A stretch of 64,000 bases of DNA. Source: Octopus bimaculoides. Its lineage: Eukaryota. Below are positions 12,423 through 24,289 of the stretch, piece after piece; position 1 is the stretch's first letter, and the number at the start of each line of letters is the position of its first letter. The notes beneath the pieces are model-generated. The model was not told the DNA's origin and did not search any database. It saw nothing but the letters and a program-made list of their open reading frames with translations. A program made the translations under genes and the position numbers. The stretch spans positions 34,259,494 through 34,323,493 of the forward strand of contig NC_068992.1 in NCBI RefSeq assembly GCF_001194135.2. The letters run 5' to 3'.

Positions 12423-12796
12423 TATAGTAGAAAGTGGGTTATACATCTTTAGACGTATACCTGACTTTCCTACTATAAACTTAGAATATAACGGAACGCT
12501 GAACTCCAGACTATCAACTCAAACAACACTTTATTCAGGTGGTATATATATACATCTTTAGTTCTTGTTGTTACAGCTTCTGTTGTGTGTGAGCATAGTT
12601 GTTGGGACGTTGTTCTGTAGTTGTGAGCGAGCTGTCGAGTGTAAAGAGACTGTCTCCAGGTTGGAGTATTAGAGACACTCTTGACACGTCCGTGCTCATG
12701 GTCGGCCGACCGTAAAAGAGAAAGATTAAAGCGGGAACGCTTGCTTGTTTAATTCCACACATGCGTGAGACTACGCATGCGCACGGCGTTACTACA
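12423..12796 (-). mobile_element. Solo LTR, 374 bp, 4-bp TSD (Gypsy-like)
   Basis: ATAC is duplicated at 12419-12422 and 12797-12800. On the minus strand it starts TGTAGTA, ends TACTATA and carries AATAAA. The paralogous segment has a single ATAC at 18086-18089 (empty site). Confidence 0.85.
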
Positions 12797-13825
12797 ATAC
12801 CTTTTTGGAATGAGAATGATCCTGGAATTGAAAATCTGTTCGTAAGTTTGTCCTTGAACATCCAGTATTGGGAAGGTATTTGGGTTGCTACTACTAGCAG
12901 GTAAAGCTTGGCAAATTCAGGCCAACTTGTTTGTCGTTTGTCAGATGACATCAGAGATGGAGGAGATGAATGACATTCGCTTCGGTAATTTTACGTCCCG
13001 ACCAGAACTTTAGGACAAATTGGCCAACAGTTGGAATTCAACTTGGGAGTGGAACAATAGAATGATTGCATTAGAGCATTAATTCTCACTCACTCATAAA
13101 TCTCTGAAAAAACAGTAGTGGGGCATATAATCATTATAGATATATTATAGTTATAAGTGTGCAATCTGTATCGAACTAAGAATGTTCACTTAATTTCTTC
13201 ATTATTTGTTCGATAGTTATCATATGATCACTTTAGCTGCAAACCCAATTTGACAAAACTGGTTTGGTTATAAGTGTACAATGTGTTTGGGACTAAGAAT
13301 GTTGTTTATGTTCAACATCTCTCTCTATCTTTTCCTCTCTCTTACTTTTTTCTTTCTTTCTTTCATTCTTTATTTTCTCTCTCTCTTTCTCTCATACGCT
13401 TACGCAAAATTGTTTGTGGGTTTTCTTGAAATTACTTCTGTCTATAAACTTTAGTTAATCTAAATTGTCCGATGTTTCTTCCTTACTTCCACCCGTATCA
13501 ACAATAATGCCCTGAGGCACGTACCTTTGGAACGTAAACTATTCAAAATACGAAACGCGAAACCTCTGTGTGTATCAGTAAGATAAAAATCTACTTCTTT
13601 AATCGTAAATTCAACCAAACTCTTTTCTTTGATGCACTTTCTAAGGTAGATAATCTAAAAATTATCGTTGCTATTATCTTCCAATATATTTTGTATTAAA
13701 TCATTTATGTGGTGAGCGAGATTTGACTACTATTTCTAGCGGACCTAACAACCACTTTATGTACATCTAGTTGGACAAATTGTATAATCAAGAGGAATCC
13801 ACACGAGATTATGAAGAGATGGGTA

Positions 13826-14007
13826 CTACTAAAGCAGCGTGGTCCCGAACGCGCAGACGCGCGTCCGGGCTAGCTAGTCGCGAGTGGTCGATCCTACAAA
13901 AAAATGCGCGCGCGCAAATGAATACGTGTTTAGGGTTAGGATCGACCACTCACGACTAGCTAGGCCGGACGCGCGACTGCGCGTTCGGGACCACGCTGCT
14001 TTAGTAG
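13826..14007. mobile_element. 182-bp MITE with TA TSD (Tc1/mariner-type)
   Basis: 71-bp inverted arms 13826-13896 and 13937-14007 with 3 mismatches, TA at 13824-13825 and 14008-14009. The reconstructed target is GGTACC and the spacer contains TTAGGGTTAGG. Confidence 0.85.
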
Positions 14008-14380
14008 TACCGAGAAGATGCAGAGTGTAGTGTGGTGTATTGCATGCTGCCTAAGAGATCGGGTACAACAAGCATCATTAAGAAAGAGAGACAACTGGGA
14101 CTAATGGTTGAGTGAAGATGGCATGAACCCAGCCAGGTCCGGGATGCAGAGGGAAGCCGTAGCTCGCTTATGGCGAAAGACAATCCGACGGGTGGCTTTT
14201 TTATAAGGTACAATCTAGTATGACTAAGTGTGCAGCAACAACTCCGCTCCCAATGTGATGATAGTAATACTCCATTGTGGACCTCCGATAAGCCCTATAG
14301 TGCAGGGGTCTCCTAGCACCGAGTCGCGCATCATGCGATAAAAAGTTGTACAGAAACAATAAAATTCTAAATTATATTTC

Positions 14381-14740
14381 TAGGCGTGGCTGTGTAGTTA
14401 GAAGCTTGCTTCCCAACCACACGGATCTGGGTTCAGTCCCACTGCGTGGCAGCTTGGACAAGAGTCTTCTATTTTAGCTGGGGGCGAACTAAAACCTCCT
14501 GAGTGGATTTGATTTTATAGACGGAAGGAAACTCGCCGTATATATATATGTGTGTGTGTCTGTATTTTTGTGTCCGCTTAGCAACCGCTGTTGGTTTCTT
14601 TATGTCTCTGTAACTTAGATAAAAAGACCGATAGAACAAGTACCAGGCTTAAAAATTAAGTCTTTGGGCTGATTTTTTCGACTAACATGCGGTGCTCCTG
14701 CATGGCTGCAGTCACATGACTGAAACAAGTAAAAGGATAA
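14381..14740 (+). mobile_element. tRNA-derived SINE (family B), full length
   Basis: GGCGTGGCTGTGT..GAAGCTTGCTTCCCAACCAC..GGGTTCAGTCCCACTGCG head, internal (TA)(TG) tract and 3' GACTGAAACAAGTAAAAG. Confidence 0.85.
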
Positions 14741-15656
14741 GGCGGTCTGCAGAGTGTTCTTTACAGTTGTAAATCACTTGTTATAAATGTAATAAATAAA
14801 TTAAGCACTTGTTTGCGTTCTCTTATGGGTTTGATTCGACGGTGGAATCAATTCTCTTGCATGAAATCAGTTTGTGGTGCACAAATATTTTGGAAACTGC
14901 TATTGTAGAGTAACGATAATTGATAGTGGGTAGAGTATCTTCTGGGCCTCAGGAGACATGGGGAGTCATTGGAATGTTGTCCTAGCTATGTAAAGGATAT
15001 GCTTTTACATAAATTTACAGAAAATGTATCCTACTGCCCTACGTATGTACATATGAATGTATTAAGTATTGATGGAGACTTGTAGACGGTGGGTATATAC
15101 ATAAACCAGACGTAAATAAATGATTTTCAAGTTGATTTCACACTCATACATGCTTTCTTAAATACATACATGCATATGTATATACGTTTCTTCGTGTGTG
15201 TATGTGCGTGCGTATAATTGTGTACGCATGCGCGCTTGCGGGTTTATGTGTGTGTCTCTGTGAGTGTATATGTGAATGCATGTTTTGTGTGTGTGTGCGC
15301 GCGCGCCTTCCTGCCAGCTCGCCACCGTTATACCTGTTATACCTCGCAGTTTCGAGTGAGTGGATAGGTCCATTACATAGATCCAAGGCGAAAAGATGAA
15401 AAAAAGTCGACCTCGTCGGAATTTGAACTCAGAACAAGATTAAGGACGAAATGCCCCTAACATTTTCCCGGGCATGCTAACGATTCTGCCAGCTCGATAC
15501 ATTTATAACAGGATATATTCTTTCCTACTCTAGGCACAAGGCCCGAAATTTTGTGGGAGAGGGCCATGTTGATTAGATCGACCCTAGTACGTAACTAGTA
15601 CTTAATTTATCTACCCCGAAAGGATGGAAGGCAAAGTCAGCCTTGGCTGAATATCA

Positions 15657-18342
15657 GTATATGTTTGATACACAAACGGGTATGCACACACACACAGACA
15701 CGCACACACACACACATACACACAGGAACACATGAACACCCATTAATGTAAATGCATACATTATATATGTAAATATTTGTTTGTGTACATGTTTGTTTGT
15801 GCTATTGTGTGCGTGCGCGTATAGCGTCTATAAGTGAAATTCATTCACGAATTTCTGGTCTAGTTCAGAGAATTCTAGATTTCGTCATAGTGTACTTACA
15901 ACGTCATAATAGCGGAAACGTCGTTTTCTCCAAGGCCTTCGTTTCAAATAATATTCAGTCTCTTTCAACCTTTCGCGGTGATTAGAGGCTAGGGAATGTG
16001 TGCGCCGGGGGACGCACCCGGACACCTGAAGACTAGAGTGAAGTCAGAGTCATCTTCACCTTGTTTTTGGTGTTTGTGGGGATATTTTGAGCGGACCTTC
16101 ACAGGCGTGCCTTCCAGACATTTGGATCTTTATAACTTTCTAAAAAAAATACATATCTTTTAAGGAAATATTTTACAAATACCTCTCGGATAGTGTATAT
16201 CGGAATTTAATGTGGAAAAAATAGAGCTCGCGCCCACATATANNNNNNNNNNNNNNNNNNNNNNNNNNNNNNNNNNNNNNNNNNNNNNNNNNNNNNNNNN
16301 NNNNNNNNNNNNNNNNNNNNNNNNNNNNNNNNNNNNNNNNNNNNNNNNNNNNNNNNNNNNNNNNNNNNNNNNNNNNNNNNNNNNNNNNNNNNNNNNNNNN
16401 NNNNNNNNNNNNNNNNNNNNNNNNNNNNNNNNNNNNNNNNNNNNNNNNNNNNNNNNNNNNNNNNNNNNNNNNNNNNNNNNNNNNNNNNNNNNNNNNNNNN
16501 NNNNNNNNNNNNNNNNNNNNNNNNNNNNNNNNNNNNNNNNNNNNNNNNNNNNNNNNNNNAAATAATCCGAGTACATATATAATATAATCAGAGTATAGGC
16601 TACACGTATAAGGCGGAGTACAGAATACACACAAAATAATTAAAGTACAGGTTACACATATGAGATAATCAGCATACATACTATATGCACACGATTGGAG
16701 AATGTACTACATTTACAAGATAATTAGAGTACTAACTACATGTACATGATAATCCCATAATATTACTCAGTAACTATGGTGCCATCATCAGCTGTTGTGT
16801 TCTATAACATGATTGACGTTTCTGCAACAGAGAGTACATGATATATACACCCTGAGTATGTATGTGTNNNNNNNNNNNNNNNNNNNNNNNNNNNNNNNNN
16901 NNNNNNNNNNNNNNNNNNNNNNNNNNNNNNNNNNNNNNNNNNNNNNNNNNNNNNNNNNNNNNNNNNNNNNNNNNNNNNNNNNNNNNNNNNNNNNNNNNNN
17001 NNNNNNNNNNNNNNNNNNNNNNNNNNNNNNNNNNNNNNNNNNNNNNNNNNNNNNNNNNNNNNNNNNNNNNNNNNNNNNNNNNNNNNNNNNNNNNNNNNNN
17101 NNNNNNNNNNNNNNNNNNNNNNNNNNNNNNNNNNNNNNNNNNNNNNNNNNNNNNNNNNNNNNNNNNNNNNNNNNNNNNNNNNNNNNNNNNNNNNNNNNNN
17201 NNNNNNNNNNNNNNNNNNNNNNNNNNNNNNNNNNNNNNNNNNNNNNNNNNNNNNNNNNNNNNNNNNNNNNNNNNNNNNNNNNNNNNNNNNNNNNNNNNNN
17301 NNNNNNNNNNNNNNNNNNNNNNNNNNNNNNNNNNNNNNNNNNNNNNNNNNNNNNNNNNNNNNNNNNNNNNNNNNNNNNNNNNNNNNNNNNNNNNNNNNNN
17401 NNNNNNNNNNNNNNNNNNNNNNCAATCTGAGAGGTATTTGTAGAAAATTTCTGTAAAAGTATGCCCATTTTTATGGAAGTTATTAGGAAACAAATTCGGG
17501 GACACAATTGTGTGGGTCTGCCGTTTTATGCACCTTTGAGTTCTTAAACACCCTCTGTAACATGCTGGTTGGTACCATAACATAGTTACAAGGTGTCCGG
17601 TATTGTTCTTGCACCCGTATGAACTCTTAGCCAGGCAATTTCAGGACAGGAAACCTGGAGGTTCCAACCAGAAACGATACTTCACACTCGATATTTTCAC
17701 ACAGAATATTTCATTGTAAACAATCGTATAACTGTAAGTGGACTTGATAGTAAGAAGAGGTAAATAAAAATCGTACATGAAATATTCCTTTCTACTATAT
17801 TTTATCAAGAACAAAAAGATCAAGGAAACCATCGACCTCAGTGAATTTTGAACTCACATTGCAAAGATGTACGAAATGCCACCAGCGTGCTAACCAATCT
17901 GCCGCTCACCGTCTTATGAATACGAGTAATGGTTACTCAACATATAGTCCACGGGTAGATGCAGAGAGTAAGGTTATCAACTAGGTAAGTGCTTAAAGAA
18001 AATAAATTTTTTTATTATACTAAACATTAAATTTTGTCTGTCTGCCACCGTATCTCAGTCTACGTTTGCTCTATATAGATATATTATACCCTTTTGGAAT
18101 GAGAATAATCCCGGGATTGAATATCTGCCCTTTATTTGATTCTTGACATGCAATATTGAGATTCAAAAGCTACTTCTAGCAGGTAAAGCTTGGCAAATTC
18201 ACGCCATTTTGCTTGGCGTTTGTCAGAAGACGTCAGAGATGAAGGGGGAGATAAATGACATTCGCTTCGCTTATTTTACGTCCCAACAAGAAGTTTGGGA
18301 CTAATTGGCCAACAGTTGGAATTCAACTTGGGAGTGGAACAA
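15657..18342. repeat. Segmental duplication, copy 2 (gapped)
   Basis: Paralog of 10620-13058. It lacks the solo LTR and the tRNA-like segment, and has gaps 16243-16559 and 16868-17422 plus extra sequence at the centre of the foldback element. Confidence 0.9.
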
Positions 18343-18461
18343 TCTTTTTTTATTACAAATAAGTGAATACCTCTTATAACCACAGACGGTGAACTTTTGT
18401 GGGGCTCAGTATAATACACTTTGACGGCAATGAAATATCTCCATTTTCGTAGCTTCAAGTA

Positions 18462-18689
18462 TATGGAAGAATAAACGGGAGCATGATTTTTAACCCCAAA
18501 AGACTTTCTGCCAAAACGTAAGTTCTTCGTTCTCGCATCATTAAATTCTTGTATGCAGATGATTGTGCCCTGTTAGCACATTCTCAGGAAGATATGCAAT
18601 ACACGATGAATGTGATTTCTGCAGCATATTCAGCATTGGACCTTACAATCAACTTGAAAGAAACTGTTCTAATGTACCAGCAGTCGTAG
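18462..18689 (+). mobile_element. RTE/BovB-like LINE reverse transcriptase fragment
   Basis: FNPKRLSAKT*VLRSRIIKFLYADDCALLAHSQEDMQYTMNVISAAYSALDLTINLKETVLMYQQ (YADD at 18552). Confidence 0.88.
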
Positions 18690-20536
18690 CTTATGCACAA
18701 TCTCATGCATTGAGAAAACTTGCATATTTGGGGTTATCAGGCCTTTATAGATTTTACTTTCTTTACATTTAGCAGATTTGTTATGGAGCTGTGGAGGTAC
18801 ACATTCAAATTGAGGTGGACAGTGATGGGAAGAAAGGCCTGATAGTAGTGGTGGTTATAGTTGTTGCAGTAGAATATTATGGCACTGATGATGATGATAA
18901 TGTGTCAGTTGTAGTATTCAATGAAAATGAAAAATGTGGATAGCAGGACAGTAAAGGGCTTTTCATTGTGCAGAATTCCCTTGGGAATATGATGACCAAC
19001 CTCATTAGTAAACATATTGGATTTTTTATTTATTTATTTATTTATTTATTTATGTTTGTTCTTGCTTTCAGAAGAAACCTAACTTACGCAACTTTTTACA
19101 GATCAATTTTTAGACACTGTTAACTAAACCTGGCAAAATATGTATGGGGTGCAAATTTTGATTTTGCACCCGCTAAAAGTTTTAGGAGGGGCAAGTGCAC
19201 CACCTGCACTCCCTGTTCCCGGGCCCTTGTCTGTACCCTTAATTTAAATGTCTGGCCATGTTGCACTTTTGTCACACCATGTTCACTTGAGTCTACTCAG
19301 CTACTTTGCACATTAATTCAATAAGTAGACAATCCGATTGATCAACCAACCAGGCACCTATAAATAAATATTAATGTTTGTGCGTGCGTGTGTGTTTGTG
19401 TTTGTGTGTGTGTGTGTGTGTGCGTCCATGTTAGTTCCCTTTGATTGCTACTAGAAACATGTTATCCACTGCCAGATAACCAGCAACTTATAAGCATGCC
19501 CACCAGCCTGACCTAGTGAGGAGGCTTGCTAGAAAAACAACAAAACAACACCAAGATTTTTCAAAAGGATGACTGAACCCAACATAATGTCTCCAATTAC
19601 CAATTACCAAGTAATAGTGCAAGGGACCAATTACTCAACAGTAGTGCAAGGGACATAGAAATGCAAAATGAGGAATGAGTGTGACATAAAACAATTTGGG
19701 TGAGTTTGTCAGAATTTCTGCCAAGAATATTAGGTGTAAAACATGAAGATTGTTCAGTTTCTGTTTATCTCAACCAATGTTTGGTCACTGAAAGGAAAGA
19801 TGTCTTATTGAGAAAGGAAATGCAGTTTGGTACATGCATCGTTCATTATAATTAGTTTCATGTAAAGGAATTTCATAGAATTGCTCATGGATAATAGACA
19901 TTTCAAAAGTAGTACTTGTCATTGTTATTGTAGTGGTCAAGGGAACACATGTCTTTGTGATGATGATGAAATACTGCCATTTCTTTTATCCTTTCTATTC
20001 TCCTATATGTACTGGAATATTAGGTGCCCTATCAATCACATATCAACCAGGTTGATGTCTTTAGACATCAACCTGTGGATACAGTGTGAATGAAAGAATT
20101 TGAATGGTGACTATTTCTCTAAATATAAAATCAGTGGTATTTGATCCTTTCTTTTGAAATCCCAATTAAGATAGATTTGTCATATCATCAGAATGAATAA
20201 TAATTGCATTCCCAAAGTCTTCACGTATTACCAGCTCCATAATAGAAGAGGAAGCATAAGAAGACCATGGCTAAAGGACAAGGACAAGCTCAAAACTAAC
20301 CTAAAAAAACTGCATCGAATTGCAAGAAATGGAAATTCATTTGTCATGAAGAATAAAGCCATAAAGAACTATAAATTAAACTGTCTAAATTATTTTCAAG
20401 AACTCAGAGCAAAGATAAAGTCTTGAACTAATGTGCAAGCCATTTCATATAAGAATCCTTTATGTTCAATCTGTGAACTCATTTGTAAATAGATGGTTGG
20501 ATTAAAATCTTGTAAGAGACACAGACATAAGAATCC

Positions 20537-20589
<53 letters not shown>

Positions 20590-20599
20590 CATTATTATT

Positions 20600-21182
20600 C
20601 TCTCTTTATCACAAGTTTTGTTGGAGCTCCTGGAGTCTTGCATGCATAGCGAATTTACTACTTGCAGCTACAGTACCAGACTCTTCATTCTTTTCTGATT
20701 ATTCTGGCCCTGGCAAGGAGGCAAACCTTTTGTAACATTTCTACTGGGTACTCTATTCCAATCTCCTTTATATTCCTCTTGATGCCATCTGATACTGTTC
20801 CCAAGGACCCAACAATAATTGGCACTATCTTCACCTTCTTCATTTTCCAGAGCTGGGCTATTTCATACTTTTCACCTTCCTTCTTGACTTAAGAGGGTTG
20901 TATCTATCCTTTTGGCTTCCTTCTTGACTATTTGTGGGTCAAAGAAGCATGCAACATCAACCATATCGCCTCTGTGGTGCACCTTGTCCACCACCACTAG
21001 GTCCAGTTTGTTATACTCTAGCACCTAATCTGTTTGGACTGGGAAATCCCTGAGGATTTTGCTAGTCTCTGACTCTGCCATTCTCTATGGTTTGTGCTCA
21101 TACCATATCTTGCCTCTCTCTAGTCTCCATTTATCACACATTTACCAATGTAGTACTTTCGCTACCTAGTCATGTCACCACA
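20600..21182 (-). mobile_element. 5'-truncated R4/Dong-clade LINE (REL endonuclease plus 3' UTR)
   Basis: Minus strand reads HD*VAKVLHW..KIWYEHKP..KILRDFPVQTD..NKLDLVVVDK..DVAC..IAQLWKMKKVKIVPIIVGSLGTV. It is flanked by (ATT)n 20517-20599 and an AAT/ATT tract after 21185. Confidence 0.88.
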
Positions 21183-22807
21183 ACTTAATAATGCTAATAA
21201 TAATAATAATGATAATGATAATAATTATTATTATTATTATCATCATTATTATGGCTGTATACATACACACACATATATGTATGTATGTCTACATGTTTGT
21301 GTATGTATACATTTTTATATGCATGTATAATATATGTGTATCTATATAGGCTTATAGTTTGCATTATATCACATTCTTTTTCTCACAAAAGCTTTTATAA
21401 CAGTAAAATGTGATCTGTAAAAGAAACTACTTTTGGAAATTAATTTTAGTTTCTTTTCTGGAGCTAAAAAAATTAACTTAGTGAAATGAGGAAAAAAGTT
21501 TTAAAAATGAAAATAAAATAGTGTACAATGTCAGCATAGTGCAGGTTTTGAGCATATAATTTCATTAAAACCAGACAAATATAAATTTAATTTAGAAATG
21601 TTAACATGCTGCTGTTCACTTTCAATTTATCATTAGTCAAATTTCTTTAGCTTTTCTTTTATGCATTGTGATAGAATGTGATAGGGATCAGATGGCCAAG
21701 TGACCAGTGTTTGGGATTATCTGGTCATGAGTTCAAATTTGTTGTTAGTTATATAACAGGGCATACCTTTCTACTTTGTTTCAGATCAATCAAGTTCAAA
21801 CTAGAGCTAACCAAATCATCTTTGTCTGTCTTACAAGTTGATCAGAGCAGGATACCTATTGACTAGTCATCCTATTTTTCCTAAATTTGTTTATGTTGTT
21901 GTTGTTGATAAGATTCATCTAGACTCTGGGATACTGTCAGATACTTACAGTTCTCTACTAGTCAGATGCCACAGTAGAAGTATGTCAACCCATGCGTTCT
22001 ATTCAAGGTTAGTGGTGGGTAACTATAATAACCTTCTCAAGAGTTATGTACAAATCAGCAAGGATCAACTGTACAGAAACCTGCCAAACCACAGAAACCT
22101 GTGGTTTGGCATTGCTCTTGGGAAGAACTGCTGGTTTGCAATAAATACTACATGCACAATAGCTCTATTAGCAGGGTTAGTTTGAGATGTACACAAGGCG
22201 ATGAAATCATTTTGAATGCATGAATTCATTATTCAATCGTTGCTGTCAAGTGAAATTATGTTAAACAGCTGGAGTTATATGTAGTGAAAATCTGGATATC
22301 AACCAAATTCATCAGGAGGATCATGATTGTGTGACAGATAAAGGTTGAAGACAAACACTCACTTCTTCAGCAAAGCCATCATCAAAAGTTTTAAGTTGCA
22401 CATGAAAGGGAAGATGAGAGTGGTAAGCAAGATAGTACAAAAGCCCAATCATGTTCCCTTTTATACTTTTTACACACACATTTTCCATAACACTTTTCGT
22501 AACTAATTCTTTGTAATCACTCATAACTTTAGATAATTTATCTTAGTAATCTTGTCTCATCTATTACCTTTACTATAAATAAAGTAATTATTATTACCAT
22601 TATTAATATGTTTAACACTATCGATACCTATTAATCTTTTGAAAAGAAATATTTTATAAAATTTCCCTCTTATATCTTCACATTGTGTTTCTATCAATTT
22701 GATTGGTAATTATAACCTGGTACATATTAAAACTGGAATCAAACTAGGAATAATTATCATTCCAGCATGGAAAGCAGACGTTAAGCAATGATGATGATGA
22801 TGATGAT

Positions 22808-22839
<32 letters not shown>

Positions 22840-23695
22840 CATGTGTGTGTGTATGATTGTTTTTATGTTCAGTTACGATAAAAACAATTAAACATTAGTC
22901 TGAAGGGTTACTCTATACTTTCGTAGAATACAAATTTCTTATTCTTAAGCAGCAAACATACATACATGAAAACATTTTTGACTATTTATATTTATCTTTC
23001 AAGAAGAGCTGTCATATTAAGCTGTTGTCAATGCTGAACTTATTGACTGAGTTATCAGTGAGCATTATCTATACATATCAAACGTTAAAATAATTACCAG
23101 CTTTTAAGTTGAGGTTAAACATTCAAAATATTGTAATTTTATCCTCTCTCATGTTACATGATTTCATTCCTCTCCAAGATATAAAATTTTCAGCTCTTGT
23201 GTGCGTCCATCTCTGCAACCATGTGATACACTTTAAAGAAACCTCAGTTTAAAAGGTAGTGAATGCACATATGTAGTTTCCACTATCTTTGCCATCACTT
23301 TTTGAACCTGGATATTAGTAACAAAATTTCTCATTTACTCAAAATTTTTCCCCCTTCCAACATCTTTAATACATCTACTTCCTCTATCACCCTCCAAACT
23401 CTTCCAAACACAATAACTCTCTTTTCACCTTATATACTATGTCTAGCAAGACTCAGCATGGTCACTCTACATTGTAGAACTAGTAACAAAATCTCCCATA
23501 GCTCACATCATGTTGTCTTAAAGAAAAAATGAGATTCTCATGACTGGAATGCCTTCAATCAAAGATCTTCTCATTGGCTGACCTGGATCTGACCAATGTG
23601 TATAAAACTAAAATCAACAGCTAGAGAATATGTTGGGCTACTGTGTCAAAGGTCATAGAGGCATTCCCCAGTGGCACATGCCTTACTTCACTTAG

Positions 23696-23847
23696 TTTAA
23701 TTTGGAGAACAAGGCAGAAGCATTACTCATGGAAACACTTATTTCTGATAAGCTTATATTACTATCTGATATAAAGTATAACTTAGACATATTAATTCGT
23801 TGGTTAAAGAAAGATAATCTAAGACATGACCAGCTAGCAGACATGAG
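23696..23847 (+). CDS. Candidate internal exon of an unidentified host gene (phase 0 to 2)
   Basis: cttacttcacttag acceptor, 152-nt open frame FNLENKAEALLMETLISDKLILLSDIKYNLDILIRWLKKDNLRHDQLADM, and AG|gtaata donor. I recognise no protein family. Confidence 0.45.
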
Positions 23848-24289
23848 GTAATACACAAAAGAAAAGCATGGCCTCCACACATCAAACTCTTTCCATTATT
23901 ATTCAACTTGTATATATTTGAGACTGAGAGTAAATGTATTTAAAGTTACAGCTTCGTTCATTGTACCGTGTTCCTTTATCAAATGAAATTACCGCCTTCC
24001 ACAACCTGGGAACACCACCATCTAAACCATAATCATTTATTTTTACATAAAGCTTGCACTACAGGATATACTTTTTGTCAGTTCTGTACTTCCTTAGAAG
24101 CTAAAAACTAAAATGGAACCCATTGGACAATTTTTCTGCTTCTTTCCTATCAACTGTGTCCATTGTTTTAACCAAAACCTCATACATCCCTTCCAGCATG
24201 AAAACCACTCAACCCATTCTGCTACAAGGCCTCTACTGACAGTCTATCTCAACTAGCCAGGCAGCATTCAGTCAAACCTCACTCTAAAA

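Larger units (their letters stand above)
10620..13058. repeat. Segmental duplication, copy 1
   Basis: Co-linear with 15657-18342: 10700-11200 matches 15740-16240, 11360-11995 matches 17423-17995, and 12800-13058 matches 18090-18342. Confidence 0.92.

Noticed and set aside
13929-13940. Interstitial telomere
   Set aside because: Fewer than two full TTAGGG units, located inside a MITE spacer.
16160-17583. Long ORFs (117-269 aa) in the ORF track, also 33810-34593
   Set aside because: They are open only because they run through N gaps.
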